DNA of 63,532 nt, the filler included, from Basidiobolus ranarum (lineage: Eukaryota): assembly GCA_040143965.1 (NCBI GenBank). It is 26 parts of 26 records of this genome, joined end to end, with 100 filler letters (N's around TTAATTAATTAA, not from the genome) between each part and the next. Parts side by side here need not be neighbours in the genome. Positions count along the whole stretch, not along the records: positions 9,824 to 12,177 come from JASJQH010010311.1; positions 12,278 to 14,630 come from JASJQH010010312.1; positions 14,731 to 17,082 come from JASJQH010010313.1; positions 17,183 to 19,533 come from JASJQH010010314.1; positions 19,634 to 21,984 come from JASJQH010010315.1; positions 22,085 to 24,435 come from JASJQH010010316.1; positions 24,536 to 26,885 come from JASJQH010010317.1; 19 more parts are not named here. One strand, given 5' to 3'. The first letter of the stretch is position 1; each line of letters begins with the position of its first letter. Below are positions 11,488 through 25,387 of the stretch, in pieces. Position numbers and translations under genes: made by a program. Under the pieces are notes generated by a model. The model was not told the DNA's origin. It saw only the letters and a program-made list of their open reading frames with translations, and did no database searches.

Positions 11488-12177
11488 TATTGGGAAAATA
11501 TGGGCTGTTTGGAGGAACTTTTGAAAAGTGGATTGGTGAATAGCTTTGTGAGAAAATTATTTGTTGTCCTGAAATGAAGCATTTATACATTTTTGTGGAA
11601 ATACAGAAAAACTAACACTGGGGTTGTATTCAGAACATCTGTGGGAGCACAATGAGCTATCTTTGGGGCAATTTGAACAAGTTTGAAATTTCCAATATGG
11701 ATTTGCTAATTATCACATTATTCACATAAGTATATAAAATATGTTCTGATTTTCATCTAAGTGAAATTTGACTAAGTAAACTTAACTTCCTTATATGTGA
11801 TCTATGAAATAGTTGGGTGTATAAAGATGGAGATAACAAATGTGATAAAGAAAATAAACTTCAACATGGCCACTCAACTAAATAATCATATATCTTAATC
11901 CTAACTTAAATCTTAATTCTTCAAATTTTGGCTTGGTTAATAGTTTGGTAAGGATGTCAGCAATCATGTCCTCAGTTGGACAGTACTCTAATTGGACATG
12001 CTTATTCTCAATAGCTTCCCTAACAAAGTGATGTTGAACATCAATGTGCTTACTTCTGGCATGAAATTTAGTATTTTTAGCTAAAGAAATACAACTTTGA
12101 CTATCCTTGAAAATTATGATGCATGAACTTTGAAAAATACCCAAGTCTTTCCTTAACCACATAGCTACTTTTGTTGT
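11488..12177 (-). mobile_element. Copia family B RNase H, PPT and 3' LTR (11488-11865)
   Basis: FHARSKHIDVQHHFVRE..CPTEDMIADILTK; LTR shared with ~41400-41855, 48995-49225 and 62361-62923. Confidence 0.88.
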
Positions 12178-12567
12178 NNNNNNNNNNNNNNNNNNNNNNN
12201 NNNNNNNNNNNNNNNNNNNNNTTAATTAATTAANNNNNNNNNNNNNNNNNNNNNNNNNNNNNNNNNNNNNNNNNNNNTTCCACTTGTACCAGGTTTGTGG
12301 CAAGCAACAGTTGCCAATCAACTGTGATAAAAGTATAAGAAAACCAATAAACACCTGGTTGCTAAGATTGGATTGAACTCTCCACTCCCCAACAATCAAA
12401 GCTACTTCCTTTATTGTGAGTGTAATTGTTGAAGATTATTGTCTTTATCATTTTTGCTACATCTATCTTTATATACCTAGCTATTTCATAAATCACATAT
12501 AAGTCAGTTACAATTACTTAGTCAAATATCCCTCAGTTGTGTATTGGAACACATATTTTATATATAT

Positions 12568-14630
12568 CCCTAACAAAGATAAAATTGATTTGATCTGGAT
12601 TAGATCCACCCTTCAAAAGTGCAAAACTGTCAGAGAACTGTCACAATATTGGTGGCTTGCATTCTGCCAGGGATTATCATGGTGTGACAGTAGTTTCTAA
12701 GCAGTTTTTCACAGTATTCATAAATGTTAAGAAATTGATCCACATATTAGGCATGCATTATTAATTTACAGCAACTTTGGCAAAAATATAGTTTTCAGAT
12801 GGCAAATTACTGGGCTTATTGCTGCAGGAATTCAAATCAATATGCATGCCTTTATTTAGATATTTTTGGCTTTGAATTCTAGACATAATGAGTATCAATA
12901 AATACAAGAATCTTGTAGTGTTTAGTATCTACATTTGCACATATTTGACTGATTGGACTCAACTCAACAATAAGAATATGCTTTACCAGCAAACCTACAG
13001 TGGAAACATTGCTAAACATCTTAAAAATTGAATAGCACTGGCACTTGTCAAATAGCTGACTCTTGTTACCATTCTAAATGAGAATAGCTCTTGGATTTTT
13101 GCAAATTTCTACAAAGAATTCAGCCAATATATCCCCAACTTGTAGTCAACAAATGTCCTGCCACAAGTAGATGTGTCATTGTTTGAATAGATAGCCCCAT
13201 GGCTAAAACATTAATACTGCATATCTTGATCTACCTCACCAAGAAGTCTGTCTTGCATCTTTCCTAGAAATACTGTCAGATAATCACGCAAACAAATTAG
13301 TCCAAACTATAGAGGTACTTACTCTGTGTCCATGGATTAAGCTTTGTTGTTGTTATTGTGCTCAAACAATGCAAAAACCTGTGAGCACATTGAAAAGAGC
13401 TCTTTGTTGGAAGGTTAACATACTCTGAAGTCTCCTTAACCCATTGCATTACATCTATCATGGATTTTTCTGATATATTGTTAAATAGATTGGCATATGG
13501 TAATACTGACAATTTCACACAGAGCATTATTACACCACAGGTGTCTTGATCTATCTCAGCAAGTAATCTGTCTTGCAGCTTTCCTAGAAATGCCATCAGA
13601 TTATTATACAAACAAATTAGTCCAAATTTTAGAGATACATGCTTTGTGTATATAGAATGGGCTTGGTTGCTGTTATTGTGCTCAAACTAAGCAAAAACCT
13701 GTGAGCACATTGAAAAGAGCCCTTTATTGGAAGGTTAGTAAAATCTGGAGGCTCCTTAACCTATTCCATTACAACCATTACTGGTTTTGCTGATACATTG
13801 TGATTCAGATTAGCATAATGGTAATAACAAAAATTACACCTGCAGCATCATATCACCACAGGTGTGCTCTATGGAAACTCCCAGAATGTTTAGCAGGAGC
13901 CTATAATCTCTAAGCATTGTGAAAGATGCAGGAGGGAATGTATTGAATACCAGCATAGATTCAGTCTATCTTCTTTTAACCTGTAATAAAGTTTATCATA
14001 TCCAATTACAAAATTTTTGCACAGTTGCTGTATCTTCCTGAGATCTGCCAATGTCAGTTGATGCTTTAGGAATATATTAACAATATCCACAAAAACCTCC
14101 AATGGTGCTAATACTTATCTGGCAGAAATCTTTTCAAGGTTCCACTTGAATATATACAAATCCAGTACTTCCCAATGTTGCATTTGAATATATGCCTAGA
14201 TGAGTGGATATTAATGCGAGTCCTGGTACAATATGATCATATCTTGATGTTTTCAAGCAGCTTCCCAATTGATTCACACTTTAATCCTATCTCAAATGGT
14301 TAACTCACATTGATTTTTCCACTATATAGCTGAGTAAGTAGTATTGGAATGTTGTTGAATAGCAAGTGTATGGTGCCAAATGGGAAGCTCTTGCTCCAGC
14401 TGTTCCCCTTTAGTAATACAATCCTGGACTTACAGCTAATATCAAGTTTGATCTTAGAATAACTATTTGGTGAATTGATATCAGTATTCATGTTAAAATC
14501 TGACTATCTATAAGCATTGGTGATTTAGGTCCAGGTATGATGGATAGTATCAAAATATAATGACTCTTTACCATTCAGAAGAAGGGGGATTCAAGTGAAT
14601 TAAAATTATTGGCCAGCAAGCCTTTCCAAT
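12568..14630 (-). mobile_element. CACTA/CMC-like transposase pseudogene and terminus A, with an internal ~320-bp tandem duplication
   Basis: WEVFVDIVNIFL..CKNFVIGYDKLYY..SIHSLLHLSQCLEIIG; starts CCCTAACAAAGAT. Confidence 0.8.
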
Positions 14631-15594
14631 NNNNNNNNNNNNNNNNNNNNNNNNNNNNNNNNNNNNNNNNNNNNTTAATTAATTAANNNNNNNNNNNNNN
14701 NNNNNNNNNNNNNNNNNNNNNNNNNNNNNNTTGGTTTAATTTAGGGTTAGCACAAGTATCTGTTGCTCTTGTTGTTTCTCTAAGATTTTAGTTCGTTTGG
14801 GAATATGTGGGAAACATTTCCAAAAGAAGTTGATAAATGATGGATTGGAGATTCTAGGCCAAACTTGTGATTTGTAATGGACGCAGTATGTTGCAAATAT
14901 CTCTGTCAGTCTCCATATCTTAATTAGATCAACATATCTATCTCAACCCTCTTCAACTTTCCCTCAACTCTCCCCGGTTTCTCTATTCATACAACCTAAC
15001 CGCAATCATTCTTCTCTTATCTGATTCCAATTTTGAAATTCAAGCTACAATTGTAGGATCATCATGATCACTCCAGTCATTTGATATGGATGCCGATGGC
15101 TGCTTTTTTAAACCGGTTGGGTGTGGAAAGCCACTGACGATATGCTGTGGATTTTATTGATATCACTGTTGAATGAGGTGAAGAACAGGATGGTTTCTGG
15201 GGGATTACTTTAATATTATAGGTATCTCTTACCTACCTCGACAAATCCCCCTATCAGTTATCTATTTTGTAATCATTATCTATCTTCCCCCCAGATATCT
15301 CTAAAATTCCTCATTTCTACTGACACTTTCACAATTAGGAGTTCTGTCTGGTATCCACAACATATATTTTATTAATAAGATATTTCATATTAACTACCTA
15401 TTCACTAGTGTTTCTCGTAGCCTAAGTAATAAGAACCATGCCACCATGTTCTAAAGCAGCCAGTCCTAGGTGGCGATAAATATGAAAATGAAAGATATAT
15501 TGTATAGCTTGATATGCATAACACTAATATGAACGTGACTATATAACATGACTGATGACAGTCCCAACCACCAGTGTGAAACCCCACGAACAAC

Positions 15595-16737
15595 TCAAAT
15601 GAGTGACACCTTGGTTCTAGCAAGTCCACCACGGAAGTTCTTGATAGGTTGCGGTGTTCTCTGTAACCTTCTAAAGGCCTCATGGATATGCTGAGATTGC
15701 AGTGGAGTTTGCTCAGAGGGTGGAGGTGAAAATAGGAATCCCTCTTGTTCTCGTGGGAGGTGTTCCTTCTTACCATCCATCTTATCCTTTAAATCGTTAT
15801 CATGTTTGATATACAATGCCGTCTCGGTTAACGTATTCACCATTTCAAAGGTTAAAAACCCAAGAATATCGATAATATCATCATTGGGCTTGATATCAAT
15901 ATATGACGCCATATTTGCCCATTCACGAAATCTTTTGGCTTTACGATATGTGAAAGATGCTTGTCGGCATTCCGAATAGTGAACATATTCATCTCTTGTC
16001 ATAGCACGAGTGATCTCATCCGCATCCTATTTTATGAGTTAGTGAAGAGTTATTTGAGAGGAGAGTTTAGGTAGAGTGGTTTACTTTTAAACGTTGTAAA
16101 GTATCAGCGTAAGCCTCGCGTTCATCTTCGTCGTTTTCATCGTCGTCATCATTTAAAGCATCCAAGAAAGAGGTAGCAAGTTCCCAACTCAACTTTACAT
16201 TCATACGTTTAGCTTTAGGTTTATCAGCTGTATCACCAGTATTTGGGTCCTCTAACATTTCTTCTGCAGCATCGTTACCCCCAGAATCTTTAACATTTTT
16301 ACGAATATCTTTCCAACTTAAATATGTACGTAATCTATTAACTTTGGCTCTATCTCGTCTAATTAAAAAGATCAAATCTTCTGCATTCATATTTTTGGAG
16401 CCTCTCTTTTGTGCCTGAGCTGCAGCCAGAATGATCTATTCAAATTATTAGACAAGGGTACTAGTAAAAGTGGTATAAACATGTATAAACAGTCCAGATT
16501 ATTGAACTTACAATTTCGATCACTTGTGAACGAACGATATCTTCCACCAACATAGTGGTTTCTGGTAAAGGATCAGCAACTTCCCCAAACACGAACATCA
16601 TTTGTTGAATTTCCGAGGTGTATTTATACCTAGATTGCTAGAAGTGAGTTAATACATAACTCTAACTGATATGTTGAGGGGGAAATTGGTCTCTTTTTTA
16701 CTTGCTTTTCCTTTTCTTTACTCTTAGGATCCACCAT
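15595..16737 (-). CDS. SPT3: SAGA complex subunit Spt3 (4 exons)
   Basis: MVDPKSKEKEKQ|QSRYKYTSEIQQMMFVFGE..., EDLIFLIRRDRAKVNRLRTYLSWKD, MTRDEYVHYSECRQASFTYRKAKRFREW, DIIDILGFLTFE; GT-AG introns. Confidence 0.96.
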
Positions 16738-17182
16738 TTTGAAAGTAAAATATCTGTTAGGAAAAGGAGATTTACTAGCTTGGAGTTTAATTGGGAATAT
16801 ATTTATTGATTGGTACTGGAATTTTTAATCGAATTTCTAGTCAAACTAAATGATTACCGGATTCCAGGAGATGTTTGCAGGTTAGATGATGGATGTAAGG
16901 AGTTAACAATCCCAATGATGAGAATTAAAACTATGGTAGATATCATTACTTTGAACACATACACTGTTTCAACAGCAGTCAGTGCAAACTGTAAAAGTCT
17001 AGACACTCATTTCTATTTCCAAATGGAAAAGAGGGAGGAATTTGATCGAAATTTGAAGGATTTAGATGATGACCTAGTGAACNNNNNNNNNNNNNNNNNN
17101 NNNNNNNNNNNNNNNNNNNNNNNNNNTTAATTAATTAANNNNNNNNNNNNNNNNNNNNNNNNNNNNNNNNNNNNNNNNNNNN

Positions 17183-17950
17183 AAGTATTGGCAACATTGG
17201 GAGTTGTTTGTGGATATTGTTAATATATTCTTACAGCATCAACTCACATTGGCAGATCTCAGGCAGATACAGCGACTATGTCAAGATTTTGTGACATATG
17301 CAGCAAAATTGTTTTAGCCGTGGGGTAATCTATTCAAGCAATGAAACATCTACTTGCAGCAGGACATTTGTTGACTGCAAGTTGAGGATATTTTGGCTCA
17401 GTTCTTTATAGAATTTGCCAAAATTGAAGAGCTTATTCTCATTGTGAATGGTTACTTGAGTCAGCTATTTGCAAAGTGTCAGTGCTATTAAAAATTTCAG
17501 ATGTTCAGCAATTTTCCACCATCAGTTTGCTGGTAAAGCATATTGATGTTGTTGAGTAATGTCTCATTAGTCAAGTATGTGCAAATGTAGAGACTAAACA
17601 CAACAAGATTTTTGTAATTTTTGTGTCTCATTATGGCTGGAATACAAAGCCTAAAATATCTAAATAAAGGCATGCATATTAATTTGAATTCCACTGTAGT
17701 AAACCCAGTAATTTGCCATTTAAAAATTAGACTTTTGCAAGAATTTCAGGAAATTGAGTAATGCTTGCCAAATATGAGGATAAATATTTTAACAAGTATG
17801 AATACTGTCAAAATACCGTCAAGAAACTGCTGTGACACCATCAAAATCCCTGGCAGAATGCAAGCCACTGATATTGTAATGGCTCTCTGATGGTATTGCT
17901 ATTCAGAAAGGTGGATCCAATCTGGATCAAATGATTTATTTTTGTTAGGG
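17183..17950 (+). mobile_element. CACTA-like transposase 3' remnant and terminus A
   Basis: Homologous to 3130-4120; ends GGATCCAATCTGGATC...TTTTTGTTAGGG. Confidence 0.75.
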
Positions 17951-19533
17951 GCGGTTGTTGATCTCCTGTCTTCAATATCTCTTCTCCACTTTGCATCTGA
18001 ATAACCCATCTGATAAAAGTTTGATCCAGACTATGTGCACTTTAAGCACAGATCTACAGTACCTTTAAAACATTTGAAAATCCATGTAACTGCTATGATT
18101 TGATCTGATCCATAATTTTGAACAAATTGGGACATAACTCACACAAAATATGCATATCTGGCCATGTTCCAACCATGATATACATCAAACTACCAATTAT
18201 ATATTGATAAGAAAATTTCTGGCTCTCATTTGAATCCAAAAACATCTGTTTTGAGCCATTTTTGGTCAAGTTAAGATTTGTCACCATTAGAGTTGATACT
18301 GGATTACATTCTACCATTTTAAACTTCTTTAGTATATCCAGGATATACTTGAATTGGTTCCAAGTTATTGTTTTGGTAGTTCTATCTATCTTACTTTGGA
18401 TTACTAGATAGTATGTCAGTTCACCAAGATCAGTCACTTTAAATTTGGCAGATAAGTTGGATTTAGTTTTCTCCAAAGTCTTCAAGTCCTTCGTTGCCAT
18501 AACAAGGTCATATACATATAAGGCTGATAAAGGTTGGTTTGTCTTATCTGGCCTGAAGTAGATACTGTAGGCAGCATTACTCTTTTGGAAGTTGAGTGTT
18601 TCTAAAAAAGCATCTATCTTACTATTCCAAGCTCTTGGTGATTGTTTTAAGTCATGGAGTGTTTTCCAGAGTCTGCAAACTTTTTTAAGGTTTTCTGGGT
18701 CTACAAATCCAACTGGCTGGCCCATATAGCTCCCCTAAGCAAGCTCACCATTCAAAAAAGCAGCTTTAACATTGATTTGATTTATAATATATTGAAATTT
18801 AGCTGAAATTGCTAAAATCAATCTAATATATTTTAAACTTTGCTACAGAAGCAAACAATTCTGTATAATCTATTCCTGGTGTTTAGGAATAGCCTCTGGC
18901 TATTAGTCCAGCCTTGTAGCTTTCTATATTGCCATCAGAGTTGTATTTAACTTTAAATACCCATTGGCAGTGAATTGATTTTCTATCATCAGGGAAGTTG
19001 GACAAAATCAAAGTTTGATTATCAATCAAAGCCTGGTACTAATAAGCCATTGAAGATCTCCAAAACTTTGTGTGAGGGCCATTCAGGGCCTCTTTTACAG
19101 TCTGGGGCTCATGTATTTGAGCTGTGCAGGCATAGGCCCAATTTTGGGACTCATTGATATAGTAATCAGGGCTATTTCTGATCCAATTTGATCTCCTGGT
19201 TTGGGATAAAGGTACTACAACTTCTGGCATTGTATTGGGCACTTCAGTAGGCAAAATTTTGGTTGAAGGGTCCACAGGAATGCTATTTTCTTCATTGTTT
19301 TGGTTTGAATCAATTTGAATGATTGGATCAGGAGAAAATTGATTTTCATCATCATCTGAGGTCATTTTGGGTGAAATTTTTCATTTTCATTAAACAAAAC
19401 ATCCCTGGACTTGATTAACTTGGAAATTTTGGTATCATAGAGTCTGTAGGCCTTAGTTTGAGTACAATAACCCAGAAATATGCATTTCTTACTTTTTGGA
19501 TCAAATTTAGACCAATTTTTGGTCATAATTTTG
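17951..19533 (-). mobile_element. Copia integrase C-terminus and reverse transcriptase pseudogene
   Basis: KCIFLGY, EPQTVKEAL, QPVGFVDP..VCRLWKTLHDLKQSPRAWN, LYVYDL (decayed YVDD). Confidence 0.92.
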
Positions 19534-19633
19534 NNNNNNNNNNNNNNNNNNNNNNNNNNNNNNNNNNNNNNNNNNNNTTAATTAATTAANNNNNNNNNNN
19601 NNNNNNNNNNNNNNNNNNNNNNNNNNNNNNNNN

Positions 19634-20488
19634 ATATTAACCTTCCAACAAATGGCTCTTTTCAATGTGCTTATGGGTTTTTGCATTGTTTGAGCCCAAT
19701 AACAGCAACAAAACCCAATCTATGGACATAGAGTAAGTACCTCTATAGTTTGGACTAATTTGTTTGTGTGATAACCTGAGAGTATTTCTAGGAAAGCTGC
19801 AAGACAGAATTCTTGGTGAGATTGATTGAGATATGCATTATTATTGTTTTAGCCATGCAGTAATCTAATCAAGCAATGACACACCTACTTGTGGAAGGAC
19901 ACTTGTTGACTGCAAGTTGGGATATTTTGGCTGAATTCTTTACGGACATTTGCCAAAATCCAAGAGCTTATTCTCATTATGAGTGGTAACAAGAGTCAGT
20001 TACTTGTCAAGTGTCAGTGCTATTCAAAATTGCAGATGTTTAGCAATTGTTCCACCATAGGTTTGCTAGTAAAGCATATTGCTGCTGTTGAGTTATGTCT
20101 GCTCAGTCAAGTATGTGCATATGTAGATACTAAACACAACAAGTTTCTTGGATTGGTGATTCTCATTATGGCTGGAATACAGAGCCTGAAGTATCTAAAT
20201 ACAGGTACACATAACAATTCAAATTCCTACAGCAGTAATCCCAGTAATTTGCCATTTAAAAATTAGATGTTTGCAAAAATTGCCAGAAATTAAATAAAAC
20301 ATGCCAAATATGAGGATCAGTATTTCAACATAAATGAATACAGTCAAAATACCATCAAGAAGCCACTATCTTACTATCAAAATCCATGGCAGAATGTAAG
20401 CCACTAATATTTTGATGCTTCTCTGACAGTTTTTCAATCTAGAAGGGCAGATCCAATCTGGATCAAATCAATTTCATTTTTGTTAGGG
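19634..20488 (+). mobile_element. CACTA-like transposase 3' remnant and terminus A
   Basis: Homologous to other copies; ends TTTTTGTTAGGG. Confidence 0.75.
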
Positions 20489-20584
20489 GATAGAATATTA
20501 CTATAGATAGAACTATTTATTTTAAAGGGGGGGGGATGCCCTGTATATACTGAATTTCTTTGATGCAAAGAGTAGATGACCCAT

Positions 20585-21984
20585 CATGTTAGATTTGGTT
20601 TTAATCAAGTTTCTCAGTTTCAAGAGTGAAACTTCAAGATCTTGCAAAATAGTTGCACATGAAAGGTTACAATCTCCGAGAACTATGGATCAACACATGT
20701 GCAAAAACCATAACTCAAATTTTACACAATTACCACTTGAACACTAATTTGTCACCTTCAAAATCCCTAGTCTCTTTGGTATATTCTCCTGAATATTTTT
20801 ATAGAGTTCTTCATACCCAATGTTTAGCTCATACCCAACATGAGTTTGTGTGAATATCTCCATCAAAGCCCACCATTGTATTAACGTTGCTGAATCAACA
20901 TTCTTCCAGATATCTGGCAGATACCCTGCAATATTGTGCCACTCTGTATCAAGTTCTTCCCAGATATCTACAAGATCAAAACCAGACTGAATGTCAAGTT
21001 GAATGTTCTTCTTCTGAAGCCACTTTCTGCATACTTGCACTGTGTTTTTCCCTTTGTACTTTTGAAAATACTCCTCAAGCACTCTGACTATTTTTGTCCG
21101 TCCTTATAGTGTGACACTACTGAGGTTGCTTTGTGGTGTTTGTGCAGCTTTTTGCTTGCCTTTACCTTTGAGACTAATTTCAACACTTTGAAAAGTACCA
21201 GTTGGGGTTGGAGAGCCATGAGTTTTATTTGCTGGAGCTTTTGCTTGTTGAGAGGTGCCAGGTGTTGGATAAACTTCCAAATTTAGCCTAAACTCACTGG
21301 TTCATTTGCTTTTCACTTGGGTTTACTGACTTCCTGCACCTTCAGTACTTCTTTAGCTGCTTTTCTTTCTTATTCAAGTCAATAATTGCATATATTTTTT
21401 GAGATGTTTCATAAATAGGCCTATATTAGCCCACTTGCCATTTGCTTGCAAAAACCCAGGATAGGACACAGGAAACAAGTCAAGAACCTTCAGAGTAACA
21501 CCTGGTTTTCGGTTTTTCCACAATTGAAACAAATCCAGGTGATTTTGGCCAAGATTCTGCACGGTTTCCAACATGTTGAACCACTCATCATCAGAGCAAG
21601 TGATGGTAGCTCTGACAATCAGAGTCTTTTAGTTTGCTGGTTTTCCTATGATATTTCTACTTTTGTGTGCCTATGCAATTTTGGGCCATTGTGTAGGCTT
21701 AATGGTCTGACACATATTCTGCTCTGCTAGATTGTCATGGTGATGTTCATATGTATGGTGTGGGATTGATTGAAATCTTGTATGAGAATGGATGGAGGGA
21801 GCAGCATGTTGCTGTAGCTCAAGTACAGCATTCTGAAGTTCTTGTATCATTGTTGAGTGACTCTCTAACTGTTGACTAGTTGCTTCCAAATGCTGCATTA
21901 ATTGCAATATTGCGGCATTATTGCTCGTCATGGCCTATATAGCAACTTCATATTTTTTACTTATGATTGCATACAAATTATTAT
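20585..21984 (-). mobile_element. CACTA-like accessory ORF2 pseudogene
   Basis: MTSNNAAILQLMQHLE.., LFPVSYPGFLQANGKWA, KWLQKKNIQLDIQSG; same as 27055-28679. Confidence 0.75.
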
Positions 21985-22084
21985 NNNNNNNNNNNNNNNN
22001 NNNNNNNNNNNNNNNNNNNNNNNNNNNNTTAATTAATTAANNNNNNNNNNNNNNNNNNNNNNNNNNNNNNNNNNNNNNNNNNNN

Positions 22085-24435
22085 CTCAGCCTCGGATGGC
22101 TCAGACACGACTACAAAGGCAAGAGAATGCAAGAGTGAGCGGAAGAGCTCGATCGCTTCAGGGAATTTGCCAGCCGAGGTAGCTTTGTATGCATCACGCA
22201 ATAGAGTGAGAAGATAATCCATATTGTAGATAACGACTGGGTGGACTTTGGAAAGCTGCGTCTCTTCTCCATTGCGACGAACAGGAACAGAAACGGATGG
22301 CACAGATGGGTTGCACGAGAGAACAGTGCGACTAGCTTGATAAATAGTCAAGAACTGTGATTTCAGTGGGGCAAAGTTGATGGCTCCGATTTGGGTGTGC
22401 AACAATTGCATTGCACTATCAAAAGATCCAGCAGCAATATGATCTGCTACCATTGGAGAGTTTTTACACCATAGTTCAAATTCACTAACTCCCGAAGATG
22501 GCATTACAAATTCAGCTGGGACACCTCCATTTAATAAATCAGCCCCCAAGTCAGCATCAAGTTTCAAATCGGCATCAAGATCCCAGCCAGATACTTCAAT
22601 AGTCTCATCATATTCCCCAATATGCAAATGCTCAGATGGTCCTGCCCCGTCAATATCTCCCCAACCTGCGTCAGTCTCATTGGCTTGAACGTCAGCGTCC
22701 ATGTTATCTGCATTGGCGATGTTTGCGAATGCATTTTCGAATGGACTCTTAGAGATACCGAGAACAGGCCAGTTGGATTCGTTTCTCTTGGAAACTGGTG
22801 CGGCAGGTTGAAGCAGGTTGCCTGGAGGGAGTGTTTCGGTGATATCTTCAGGAGATAATCCAGCACTGGTAAGGATATTATAAGCCTGCTCCTCAAGACC
22901 GTGGGATTTGGCAGTGAGATACGCGAGAGGGTCTATATTGAAAGTAGTTTATGCGACTGAAAGAAACCGATTGTTGTATGATTTGAACTTACATTGGTCA
23001 ACTTCTACGAGCATTTGGATTCTCTCCTGGACATCTCCAAGGTATAACGCGTTATGGAAACGAGACATCTGATCGTTACGATGCTCGGCAATCTTCATCA
23101 TTTTCGCCAATTTCTCAGTATTACCCGTAGCCAAATAAAGGAACGATAGACGATCGTAGTTCTTAACGCGCTGATAAGCCATCTCTACTACCTGTGATGC
23201 CCTCACGAGTCAGTATTTCCAATATTCTAAAGATAAAGAAACTAAGCAAAAGCAATTACCTGTTGATTACCATGTTTTAATGCTTCAGAGCTCAATCTAT
23301 TCCAACACTCTTCTTTATCTATGACCCTCGCCGTTTCAAGGGCAACATCAAGATTACCGCATTCTAGAGCCAATTCGAAGCGTGTACGTTCATCTTTGAC
23401 GAAGTGCAGGGCAATCTATAAAAAAATTTGCATTCAGAAGCAGTCGGGAATAACGATGAGAAGAGCACATCTAACCTCAGGATAACCAATTTTTTGAAGA
23501 TAAGCGATAACCGACTGTCCGACTAGATTGGAATGTTTGATTACATGAAGAACTTCGTCATAGTTCTTGTTGATGAGGGCGAGTTTAAATCGATATTCCG
23601 TAGGATCAATGGTGGTAACACGAGCTTTAGCATCACGATCCAAGGAGTAAATGTTTTTTCCTTTAGCCTTTGTTAAGTACAAAGGATGTTCAATGCTTCG
23701 AACAATTCCATTATCACTATGTAAGGTAAGTGGGTAAGGCTAAATGGTCGGTGTAAAGCTTCAAAAAGAATTCTAAGCTTACCCTTGTGGCAATAAATAT
23801 TTGATATGGTTCAAAGTGGTGTAAAGGAAGACACCTGTATCATCGAAGACACCACTCTTGATACGGATTGTCTCATGAATTTGGCATTTTTGGGCTAAAT
23901 CCTTATTGGCCAAGGTAATGGCTAATTGAGAAAGGTATTAGAGCCGAAAATAAGGATAGACAATGAATGATAAAGGTCTTACTATGTTTGTTCAATAAAG
24001 CAACAGTAGTCATATCGTTGGACCAGAACACATATTTCACAGCTTCGACATTGAGCTCAGCAATTGTCTGGCGTTGTTGAACGTCATAGAGAATTATGCT
24101 GGTTGGAGTGGACAATAGAATATTGCCACCAGGTGCATGGAAAATATCGACCACGGTAGTAGGAGGGGTGATGGTTTTAGTGGTGGCGTTTGAAAGATCT
24201 CTAATAGTTATTGTCTTTAAACATGTTAATGATGGTAGCATATTATGTGTCGATTACAAACGATGTAACTCTTACCTGTGTTGATTTGTCTAGGACGGCA
24301 AATCGGTTACGAGCAATAAAAATGGCTGATGATCCATTACCACGCTTGGGCTCGACCTTCATAGGCTCTCCCCCCGTACTATCTCTTGGTAGGCTAAACA
24401 ATTCATAGACGCTGTTGTCATTGTTGAGCGTTCGC
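22085..24435 (-). CDS. COP1: Coatomer subunit alpha (COPI), internal multi-exon fragment
   Basis: [106 protein letters not shown] introns. Confidence 0.96.
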
Positions 24436-24535
24436 NNNNNNNNNNNNNNNNNNNNNNNNNNNNNNNNNNNNNNNNNNNNTTAATTAATTAANNNNNNNNN
24501 NNNNNNNNNNNNNNNNNNNNNNNNNNNNNNNNNNN

Positions 24536-25387
24536 TATACTGGCAAAAAAGCTTAATTTCACCATGGAACCGGGTACACCAGTTGGAAGAGTGCTAAATT
24601 CGGAAGTTTATCGAACACCTGGCACCTCTCAACAAGCCAAAATATCAGCAAATGAAATTCATGGCTCTCCAACCTCAACTGGTACTTTTCAAAGTGTTGA
24701 AATTAGTCCCAAAGGTCAAGGCAAGCAAAAAGCTGCACAAACTCTACAAAGCACACTTAGTAGTGTCACACCTCAAGGATATATAAAAACAGTCAAAGTG
24801 CTTGAGGAATATTTTCAAAGTATAAAGAGAAAAATGCATTGCAAATACACAGAAAGTGGCTTCAGAAGAAGAACATTCAACTTGACATTCAGTCTGGTGT
24901 TGACTAAGCAGCTATCTGTGAAGAACGTTATACAGAGTGGTACAATATAGCAGGGTATCTGCCAGATAGCTGGATAAATGTTGATTCAGCAACATTAATA
25001 CAATGGTGGGCTTTGAGAGAGATATTGATACAAGCCCATGTTAGTTATGAGCTAAACCTGGGGTATGAAGAACTCTATAAAAATATTCAGGAAAATATAT
25101 CAAAGAAACTTTGGATTTCAAAAGTGAAAATTGGTGTTCAAGTGGTATATGTGTAAAATTTGAGTTATGTTTTTTGCACACAAGTTGATCCTTAGTTCTC
25201 TGAGATTGTAGCCAATCATGTGCAACTATTTTGTGAGATCTTGAAATTTCACCCCTGAAATTGAAAAAATTGATTAAAATCAAATCTTACTGGGCAATTT
25301 TATGATAGTATTAAAACCGTGAATCCCATATGGATTAAAATTGTGATGGTTTTCCTACAACAACAATCCTGAAATTAATGTCAGCGG
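24536..25387 (+). mobile_element. CACTA-like ORF2 3' part and degenerate terminus B, inserted into a Harbinger-group element
   Basis: Homologous to 10230-11076; junction runs straight into Harbinger-like sequence also seen at ~9569. Confidence 0.72.

Noticed and set aside
16810-17082. ORF divergent from SPT3
   Set aside because: Could be a real gene start (MEKREEFDRN.. at 17023), but it is too short and truncated to support
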